From positions 7,667 through 71,666 of the forward strand of contig JAFCFX010000001.1 in NCBI GenBank assembly GCA_017608405.1: a stretch of 64,000 nucleotides of DNA, in the 5' to 3' direction. This stretch comes from Candidatus Pacearchaeota archaeon (GTDB taxonomy: Archaea; Nanobdellota; Nanobdellia; Pacearchaeales; GW2011-AR1). The position numbers and the translations under genes are program-made. The notes under the pieces are model-generated. The model saw only the letters and a program-made list of their open reading frames with translations, did not search any database and was not told the origin of the DNA. Shown here one piece after another: positions 57,128 through 64,000 of this stretch (position 1 is the first letter of the stretch; every line of letters begins with the position of its first letter).

Positions 57128-57628
57128 TTACCTCTTCAACCCTAAATCAATTACTGGTTTGACTTGGTGTTTTTCAAGATGAGCATATACATTTGAATGT
57201 TTTGATCCTTTGATAATTAAGATGATTGCTTCTTGAGCATTTTCAATATTTTCTGCATCTCCAACTATGCCTATTTTATTATCTTTTAATTCAAAATAAC
57301 ATTTTGTTAACTGACTTAGAGTTTGGAGTGCTTTTCCTTTTTTCCCTATTATTCTGGCTCTGATTCTTTCCAAGTCTTTTCGTGTTGTATGGTCTTTTAT
57401 GTGTATTGTTTCAAAAACAAAGTCTTCTTCTTTAATTAAAATTGCAACAGAAAAAGGAAACCCGAGATTTAAGGCATCAATGACTTTTTCTGCAATAAAT
57501 TCATCTTCTGGTTTGCCAGAAATATTTACTTCCTTGCCCCTATTAGTGATTTTAACCTTTAGAATTTTTTCTAATCTCTTCTTATTTTTTGTTATTCTTG
57601 GAACTTTGTCGATTAAGAGAGTTTTCAT
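57128..57628 (-). CDS. KH-domain RNA-binding protein (Dim2/Pno1-like)
   Basis: Two KH-type segments including RIIGKKGKALQTL (GxxG loop); 166 aa. Confidence 0.55.
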   Translation of the reverse strand: MKTLLIDKVPRITKNKKRLEKILKVKITNRGKEVNISGKPEDEFIAEKVIDALNLGFPFSVAILIKEEDFVFETIHIKDHTTRKDLERIRARIIGKKGKALQTLSQLTKCYFELKDNKIGIVGDAENIENAQEAIILIIKGSKHSNVYAHLEKHQVKPVIDLGLKR

Positions 57629-57678
57629 ATTAAGAATAATTTAGGTAATTATTTAAATGTTTATTAACTATTCAATAT

Positions 57679-57936
57679 ATGAAGAGTAAATTAGCTATTT
57701 GGAGCTTTATTTCAGTAATTGTTATAATAATTTTGGGATTTTTACTAGGAGATTTACTATATGTGTCTGGGATAATTTGGATTTTTTGGATATTATATGC
57801 TGTCCCTTTGGTTTTAGGTATATTGGGCTTAGTTGATATTCGTAAAAATAAACTAGAAGGTAAAAGCTTAGCAATAATAGGAATTATTTTGGCTGCTTTG
57901 TTGTATCTTGTTAATTTGGTAGCCCCCTTTTTTTAA
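57679..57936 (+). CDS. Small hypothetical membrane protein
   Basis: 85 aa, three hydrophobic helices. Confidence 0.3.
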   Translation: MKSKLAIWSFISVIVIIILGFLLGDLLYVSGIIWIFWILYAVPLVLGILGLVDIRKNKLEGKSLAIIGIILAALLYLVNLVAPFF

Positions 57937-57941
57937 TATAA

Positions 57942-58292
57942 TTAAAATTCTTGTTTTTCTGTTTTAAGATAACCATTTCTTTTTAACCAAGCTACTTGAT
58001 TTGGCCTGTGTTTAAATATAATATCTGCCTTTTCATCATCTAGTTCCCAAGGCTCTACAGTAACAATATCTCCTGGCCTAAGCCATAATCTTCTTCTTAA
58101 TCTTCCTGGGACTCTGCAGTTCCGTGTTTTTCCATCTGTGCAAACAATTAACATTTTATTTCCTCCAAGTCTTTGTTCCATTATTCCTAGTATTTCTCTT
58201 CCTCTTGGAAGTTTAGCTCTGACTATTTTTTGTTCTTCTTGTCCTGGTTTTTCTGGTTCTGGTTTTACAGTCTTGTCTTCAAATTCTTCCAT
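57942..58292 (-). CDS. eif1a: Translation initiation factor 1A (aIF1A)
   Basis: LGGNKMLIVCTDGKTRNCRVPGRLRRRLWLRPGDIVTVEPW matches the S1-like OB core of a/eIF1A. Confidence 0.8.
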   Translation of the reverse strand: MEEFEDKTVKPEPEKPGQEEQKIVRAKLPRGREILGIMEQRLGGNKMLIVCTDGKTRNCRVPGRLRRRLWLRPGDIVTVEPWELDDEKADIIFKHRPNQVAWLKRNGYLKTEKQEF

Positions 58293-58370
58293 GTTTATTT
58301 TAGAAAGCAGGTGTTTATAAAACTAATCACATCAATACAAAAGCGAATCAAAGATTCTTATTAGTCCTTA

Positions 58371-58667
58371 TTACATAAGAACTAGTGCGAAAGGTATTCT
58401 TTGGATCTTTTTTATTCCTTCCTCTGAGATGATTCCTGCTTTAAGGGCTGTTGCAGTTGATTTTTCTCCCACGATATTAAATGTTGCATCTTCTGCTATC
58501 ATGTCTTTCATGATTTCCATTGCTTTTTCTTGGGAAGTTTGTTCTCCTTTAAAGAATTCTCCTGTTAAATCTAATTGAAAATTATCTTCTTCAAATTTTT
58601 GCCCTAAGAGTTCTTTATCACAAATAGCAACAATATCTCTATAGGATTTAATAATTCTTAATAACAT
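58371..58667 (-). CDS. Hypothetical protein (98 aa)
   Basis: Intact ORF between aIF1A and a Zn-ribbon gene; no motif recognised. Confidence 0.35.
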   Translation of the reverse strand: MLLRIIKSYRDIVAICDKELLGQKFEEDNFQLDLTGEFFKGEQTSQEKAMEIMKDMIAEDATFNIVGEKSTATALKAGIISEEGIKKIQRIPFALVLM

Positions 58668-58715
58668 TTTAAATAGTTCCCATACAAATAAAATTAAAAA
58701 TAAAAAATAAAAAAA

Positions 58716-58910
58716 TTAAAAAGCCTTTTTAGCTTCGCCAGCTTGGATTGCTTTTTCTGCATTGTCTTTTGACATCATAGCACACATCTTTGTACCGCAC
58801 GCAGTACATGTTCCTTTAGCCATAAATCCCCCTTTAACAGTTTGATTTATTGCTACTTCTTTCATTTCTTGTCCTTTTTTCTTACATTTGACGCAATATC
58901 CTTTTACCAT
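58716..58910 (-). CDS. Small zinc-ribbon protein (64 aa)
   Basis: CVKCKKKG ... CTACGTKMC gives two CxxC pairs. Confidence 0.4.
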   Translation of the reverse strand: MVKGYCVKCKKKGQEMKEVAINQTVKGGFMAKGTCTACGTKMCAMMSKDNAEKAIQAGEAKKAF

Positions 58911-59013
58911 GTTTTTATCTCCTTTTTATTTAATTATTTGGTGGATTATTAAGGAGATTTTGTTTTATAAAGATATCTGAGAAGGATTTTATATAGAAAT
59001 CTTTTAATACCTG

Positions 59014-59442
59014 TTGCATTTGGTGTGGGTTATGGGGTTAAAAAATTTTCTTCGTAAACTTTTTGAAGAGGAAGAAGACAATACTGTTTCTCTTCTTATG
59101 GCTATGGCTGATTTTACTATTAAGATGAAAAATGCTAAATATGAAAGAAATAGTAGTGTTTGTTTTGATCCAAGATCTTTGGCTACTAATTTTGGAAGTG
59201 TTAATGTTGGTCTCTGTGATGATGTTATGTTAGAAAAAAAGGCATTAAATTATCTGAGTATTTTATCTAGAAATAAATTATATGATGAGTATAACCGGGC
59301 TTATCTTCTTGCAGAAATAACAGATAATAGTTTTTTTGATCTTAAATTTCCTGATCCAGACCATCCTAGAATAAAATATTTTATAAAACCTACACAATAC
59401 ATGTTTTTAACCCAAAAGCAGATGGGTGTAAAAACCAGTTAA
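59014..59442 (+). CDS. Hypothetical protein (142 aa)
   Basis: ORF only. Confidence 0.3.
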   Translation: MHLVWVMGLKNFLRKLFEEEEDNTVSLLMAMADFTIKMKNAKYERNSSVCFDPRSLATNFGSVNVGLCDDVMLEKKALNYLSILSRNKLYDEYNRAYLLAEITDNSFFDLKFPDPDHPRIKYFIKPTQYMFLTQKQMGVKTS

Positions 59443-59445
59443 TAA

Positions 59446-59853
59446 TTATATCTTCCCCCTAACACTATGTTTAGCCCCACATGCGAGGCATTGCAAAAAC
59501 ATTAATCTGTCTTGTTTTTTGAGTTCTGTGTCTGGTTTTCCACATTCTTTACAAAGAACAAACTCTTTTACATATTGTTCTATTTTTTGATTCATTATTG
59601 AACTTGAGACTCTTTTGTTTAGAACTAACCTATCTCCTTCTTTTTGACCTGAAGCTGCAACTTCTTTTAATAGAAATTTTTGAAAGTGTTCTGGCCTTCT
59701 TCTTATATGGGAAGCGACTTGGAAAAAGTTAGTCAAGATTGTTTTTTTACCTTGGAAATGCCCTGATATTTTTGGAATTTCAAATCTATCGCTAGTAGAA
59801 TCAACTTGTTTTACTTTTTCATATGCTTTGTCTAATAATTTTTCGTATTCCAT
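59446..59853 (-). CDS. eif2b: Translation initiation factor 2 beta subunit (aIF2-beta)
   Basis: C-terminal C4 zinc ribbon CKECGKPDTEL...CLACGA and conserved central helix-turn; 135 aa. Confidence 0.8.
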   Translation of the reverse strand: MEYEKLLDKAYEKVKQVDSTSDRFEIPKISGHFQGKKTILTNFFQVASHIRRRPEHFQKFLLKEVAASGQKEGDRLVLNKRVSSSIMNQKIEQYVKEFVLCKECGKPDTELKKQDRLMFLQCLACGAKHSVRGKI

Positions 59854-59883
59854 ATTTTAGGGGTGTAGAAAGAGTTTATAAAA

Positions 59884-60513
59884 CTAACCCAGGTATCTTA
59901 TTTTTCCTGGTCTCGGTTCAAAAGTAATGCCTTCTTCTAGAAATTTTTGCACTTCTTGATTAATTATTTCTGGTGAAATATCTCTTAAATCCATTATTAG
60001 TTGATCCATTTCAATTCCTCCATTTTCTTCTGCATTCTTTATTGCCCCCAAGATCCTATCTTTTACTGCGACTATTTGTTCTCTCCCCAGACTTTCTGTA
60101 TTTTTGCTTTTTTCTTTTTCAAGCTCAAGTTTTCTTACAACAAGGTATCTTGGATCTTGTTCTTTTATTATTTCAGGAGCAATATAGGTTTCATTATTCC
60201 AATGTCTTAGGAGCCCTATGATGAGCACTGTTTGGCCTTGATTTAGGTTTTTTAACTTTTCTACATCATCTCCAAACGATTTTAATTTTATTTGTCCAGA
60301 ACCGTCATCTAGTGTTACAAAAGAATATTGTTTTTCTCCTTCACTATCATATTTTTCAACAATATTGCCTAAGATATTGACTCTCACTATATTTTTTTCT
60401 CCTAATTCTAAAAATGAAAATCTTTCTCCATCGATTATTGGCTTTCCAATTAAAATATCTCCAATTCTTAACTTAAATGCAATATTTCTTTTAAATTGTT
60501 GTTCTTCTGGCAT
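59884..60513 (-). CDS. OB-fold / winged-helix protein adjacent to mcm (RPA32-like?)
   Basis: 209 aa. Beta-rich N-terminal region then a helical C-terminal domain; sits immediately downstream of mcm. Family uncertain. Confidence 0.35.
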   Translation of the reverse strand: MPEEQQFKRNIAFKLRIGDILIGKPIIDGERFSFLELGEKNIVRVNILGNIVEKYDSEGEKQYSFVTLDDGSGQIKLKSFGDDVEKLKNLNQGQTVLIIGLLRHWNNETYIAPEIIKEQDPRYLVVRKLELEKEKSKNTESLGREQIVAVKDRILGAIKNAEENGGIEMDQLIMDLRDISPEIINQEVQKFLEEGITFEPRPGKIRYLG

Positions 60514-60551
60514 TTTGATAGTGAAGAAAATCTCTATTTATTTTTAAAGAT

Positions 60552-62591
60552 TTATGTTCTTCCAACATAACCTCTTCTTGGTTTAAAGATTTCTCCTTGA
60601 GTATTTAGCTTATTTATTGCTTCATCTATCTCTTCTTTACTTAATTTGCCTTCTAATTCTTTTTCAATTTCTTCAATAGGAATCATTTTTCCTAAACGAT
60701 TTTCTAATTCAATAATTATGTCTCTTACTGTAAAGATTTTTCCCCTCTGAGAAGAAGTCATCCCTGTTGTCGCTTTATCAATATCAAATGTTTTTGATTC
60801 ATAATCATATCCTACTTGTATTAAATAATATTTCATTAATTCGATTGCTTCTTTAGCATCTTTAGATTCTACTGTTTTGTTTAATCTTAATCTTGCAGAT
60901 GCTTCTGCCATTCTAATTAATGCTTGTAATTGCCTTGCAGAAATTGGAATCGGTCTCATCGCGCTTTCTGATGTTACTGGTTTATTTCTTAAATCAACAT
61001 AGAATTTTCTTATTTCTGCAACTGCATCATCACTTAGTTTTGGACTTATCTTTTGTTTTGCATATGCTACATATTTTCTAAAGATTTCTCTTGGGATTAG
61101 CATATCTTCACCTGTTTTTTGATGTTCATATAAAACATGCGTAGCAATTTTTTCATCTTTGCTTCTATCTGGAATATCTCTTAAGGTGAAAATAACATCA
61201 AAACGATTAATTAGGGTTGGGGGAAGGTCAATTTGTTGCGCAATTGTTTGATAGGGATCAAATCTTCCAAATTTGGGATTGGCTGCTGCTAAAACCGAGG
61301 TTTCTGCCCTTAAAGTTGCTTGAACATTGGCTTTTGTCACGGTAATTGTTTGCTGTTCCATTGCCTCGTGCATTGCACTCCTATCTTGAGGATCCATTTT
61401 TTCTAATTCATCAATGCAAACAAGTCCTTTGTTTGCTAATACCATTGCTCCTGCTTCTAGGCTCCAGCCTCTTAGATATTCGTCTCTGACTACTGTGGCT
61501 GTTAATCCTGCCCCCGATGCAGATTTTCCTACAACATATCTTCCTTTTGGAGAAATACTAGCCATAAAGTTTAACATAACAGATTTAGCTACTCCTGGAT
61601 CTCCAATTAATAAAATATGCATATCCCCCCTGCTTCTTTGTCCGTCTGCCATTATTTTTTTCACCCCTCCAAATAATTGTAAAATAAGGGCTTTTTTTAT
61701 TTCTTCATAACCCCATACACTTGGTGCAATGCTTCTTGACAATTTATCAAAGATTTTTGGATCTTGTGCAAGTTCTTGAATATGTTGTTCGTCTTCATCA
61801 TTTATATCTAATTCTTCAAATGTTTCTTCTAAGGGAATAATGTTGTTTGCTTCTATTGCTAATTCAAATCTTGTTGAAAGTCCGCCTGTTCTTAGTGGAA
61901 CTGGGACTTCTTTTAATATTCCAATGATTTTTACTCTACTTCCAGGAGTTGTTTTTTCCTCCATTTTTGGTTCAACTAAATCTTCTTTTACAAATACATT
62001 GATTCTCTTTGGCTGCTCTCCCCCTGATAAAGATTCTGGAGCTTCTTCTATTACTAATCTTTGAGTATCGACCATTTCTTTGCTAATTAATTTAAAACCT
62101 CCTCTTCTACCACATGAACACCTCATCGGTTCTTGAAACTTTTTTTCTATTTGCAATACTGCAATGACTGTTCCGCAGCTTGGACATTCAAATTTTGCGT
62201 TTACTACCTGGGGCCTAACATCTGAGGCTTGTCTTATTATTCCTTCAACTACAATGAGTTCATTTAAATTTTTTGAACGAATATTTCTTACTTTTAGTTC
62301 TTGGGTTTTTGGAAGATTTTGGAGTCTTATTCTTACGTTTTGGACTAAACCAGATTCTTCAATTGCTAATTCTATTATTCTTAATATCTCTTCTGGGTCT
62401 GCGAGTATTTCGTCTGATAATATATTGGAAAATTCTGTTAGTTGCATAAAATCAAGATATATTACTTTGTCCCCTTTTCTTAAAGATTCACCTAATTCCT
62501 TTTTATGGAAATCAAAAAACTTCTTTGCTTCAATAATTAGGTCTTCTTTTTTAGGCCTTGCTTCGCTCTCTTTTTTTACTTCTTCTTCCAT
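60552..62591 (-). CDS. mcm: MCM replicative helicase
   Basis: Zn finger CPSCG...CSCG, Walker A IGDPGVAKS, Walker B CIDELEKM, arginine finger SARQ; 679 aa. Confidence 0.9.
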   Translation of the reverse strand: MEEEVKKESEARPKKEDLIIEAKKFFDFHKKELGESLRKGDKVIYLDFMQLTEFSNILSDEILADPEEILRIIELAIEESGLVQNVRIRLQNLPKTQELKVRNIRSKNLNELIVVEGIIRQASDVRPQVVNAKFECPSCGTVIAVLQIEKKFQEPMRCSCGRRGGFKLISKEMVDTQRLVIEEAPESLSGGEQPKRINVFVKEDLVEPKMEEKTTPGSRVKIIGILKEVPVPLRTGGLSTRFELAIEANNIIPLEETFEELDINDEDEQHIQELAQDPKIFDKLSRSIAPSVWGYEEIKKALILQLFGGVKKIMADGQRSRGDMHILLIGDPGVAKSVMLNFMASISPKGRYVVGKSASGAGLTATVVRDEYLRGWSLEAGAMVLANKGLVCIDELEKMDPQDRSAMHEAMEQQTITVTKANVQATLRAETSVLAAANPKFGRFDPYQTIAQQIDLPPTLINRFDVIFTLRDIPDRSKDEKIATHVLYEHQKTGEDMLIPREIFRKYVAYAKQKISPKLSDDAVAEIRKFYVDLRNKPVTSESAMRPIPISARQLQALIRMAEASARLRLNKTVESKDAKEAIELMKYYLIQVGYDYESKTFDIDKATTGMTSSQRGKIFTVRDIIIELENRLGKMIPIEEIEKELEGKLSKEEIDEAINKLNTQGEIFKPRRGYVGRT

Positions 62592-62676
62592 GATTATGGA
62601 ATAAGCTTGTAGTTTTTATAGATTTATATAGATTCTATAGTAGTTTTAGAAATAAATGATTATTCTTGGGGGGTGA

Positions 62677-63237
62677 TTATTTCTTATAGTTTTTTAATGC
62701 AGCCTTTACATTTTTTAAAAGCTGAATCATGCTGAATTCAAGCTGTTGTTTGTTTTTTGTTCCTGTGCAAACAAGTTTTCCATTGCTAAAGAGTAAGAAG
62801 GTGGCATTTGGCTCTATTAATTTATATACTAAACCAGGAAATTGTTCTGGTTCATATTCTGTATTTTGCATTTCTAATGCTAAAAAGTTTAGATTAAGTT
62901 TTAAGTTGATTGAGCCTGAAGCAACAATATTTTGAACTGTTATTTTTGGTTTTGTTGTTATTTTAACATTGATTTTTTTGAGTTGTTTTATTACTGCTTG
63001 TATTACTTGCTTTACTTGTGCAACTGATTTTGTTCCTGTACACACAAGATTTCCTGAAGAAAATACAAGAACAGCTGATTTTGGCTCTTTTATTCTTAAA
63101 ACTAAACCTGGAAAAGTTTCAGGATTATACTCTGTATTTGGTTGGGTTCTTGCTAACTTTGTCAATGGCACAGGTTTTTCTAGAGAAGTTGTTGCTACAA
63201 TGTTTTGTATTTTGTAATTTGACTTAGATTTTACCAT
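62677..63237 (-). CDS. tbp: TATA-box binding protein
   Basis: Two direct repeats (QNIVATTSL...FPGLVLRIKEP...LVFSSGNLVCTGTK / QNIVASGSI...FPGLVYKLIEP...LLFSNGKLVCTGTK). Confidence 0.9.
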   Translation of the reverse strand: MVKSKSNYKIQNIVATTSLEKPVPLTKLARTQPNTEYNPETFPGLVLRIKEPKSAVLVFSSGNLVCTGTKSVAQVKQVIQAVIKQLKKINVKITTKPKITVQNIVASGSINLKLNLNFLALEMQNTEYEPEQFPGLVYKLIEPNATFLLFSNGKLVCTGTKNKQQLEFSMIQLLKNVKAALKNYKK

Positions 63238-63318
63238 TTTAAACTAGTAAAACTATGGAAAAATCCATTTATAAAGGTATCGAGGAGGGTTTTTAAAGAA
63301 TTTATTACTGATTTTTAC

Positions 63319-63879
63319 ATGAAAAATAGATGTCCCTGGCCTGGAAAAAATGAATTAATGATTGACTACCATGATAAAGAATGGGGGGTTCCATTACATG
63401 ATGATAGAAAATTGTTTGAGTTTTTAGTACTTGATGCTTTTCAAGCAGGGCTTTCGTGGCAGATTGTCTTGAATAAGCGTGAGGGATTTAGAAAGGCATT
63501 TGATAATTTTAATTATAAAAAAATAGCTAAATATTCTGAAAAAGATTTTGATAGGCTTGTTAATGATGCTGGAATAATTAGAAATAGATTAAAGATAAGG
63601 GCAACTATTAATAATGCTCAGAAGTTTTTAGAAATTCAAAAAGAGTTTGGAAGTTTTGATAAATATATATGGCAGTTTGTAAATAATAGGCCTATTGACA
63701 ACAAGTGTAAGACCCTAAAAGACATTCCTGTGAAGACAAAAGAGTCAGATGCAATGAGTGAGGATCTTAGGAAAAGAGGATTTAAGTTTGTGGGCTCAAC
63801 AATATGCTACGCTTTTATGCAAGCAGCAGGAATGGTTAATGATCATGTGATTGATTGTTTTAGATGTAGTGAGGTATAA
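63319..63879 (+). CDS. tag: DNA-3-methyladenine glycosylase I (Tag)
   Basis: CPW...YHDKEWGVPLHDDRKLFEFLVLDAFQAGLSWQIVLNKRE and C-terminal Cys/His zinc ligands. Confidence 0.75.
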   Translation: MKNRCPWPGKNELMIDYHDKEWGVPLHDDRKLFEFLVLDAFQAGLSWQIVLNKREGFRKAFDNFNYKKIAKYSEKDFDRLVNDAGIIRNRLKIRATINNAQKFLEIQKEFGSFDKYIWQFVNNRPIDNKCKTLKDIPVKTKESDAMSEDLRKRGFKFVGSTICYAFMQAAGMVNDHVIDCFRCSEV

Positions 63880-64000
63880 TAGGGATTAGGAGTCATTGAT
63901 TCTAATAATTTGAGATAATTAGTCTGTAAATGGTTCTAGTAACTTAAGATAATCAACCCTATTTTCCTAATTATGTTTTATATTCTTTATCCTAAGCTCT

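Overview
AT-rich (about 30% GC), gene-dense archaeal chromosomal segment. The gene content (TFB, TBP, TFE, MCM, aIF1A, aIF2-beta, LSm, EndA tRNA-splicing endonuclease, ribosomal proteins eL42/eS8/eS17/eS1, archaeal-type ProRS/LeuRS/GlyRS/AspRS) and the small compact genes point to a reduced DPANN-like archaeon; this is inferred from content only. Genes are separated by short gaps, often with 1-4 nt stop/start overlaps and visible GGAGG-type ribosome-binding sites. I can support seven tRNA genes, four of which carry introns (Val-GAC, Arg-UCU, Cys-GCA with an intron of about 68 nt, Met/Ile-CAU), together with the splicing endonuclease gene. The most unusual signals are: (1) both minus-strand intron-containing tRNAs are followed by a roughly 65 nt two-hairpin module that ends in an exact 19 nt copy of that tRNA's own 3' end, with compensatory base changes between the two loci; (2) an orphan tRNA 5'-half-like sequence sits 1 nt upstream of tRNA-Arg; (3) a wHTH/membrane-protein/2144-aa secreted giant-protein operon whose C-terminus looks like an NlpC/P60-CHAP papain-fold hydrolase; (4) a 10-kb cluster holding gatD, gatE, gatB, gatC, gatA, an L-asparaginase, two class-IIb synthetase paralogs and a PP-loop ATPase; (5) a secreted C1 papain protease with a dockerin module next to a transglutaminase-like membrane protein; (6) a DAC-domain c-di-AMP cyclase gene coupled to a DHH phosphoesterase gene; (7) an in-frame TGA in a FabH-like gene at a conserved aromatic position; (8) TFE with a long lysine-rich H1-like tail. 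No CRISPR array, integrase or transposase is visible.
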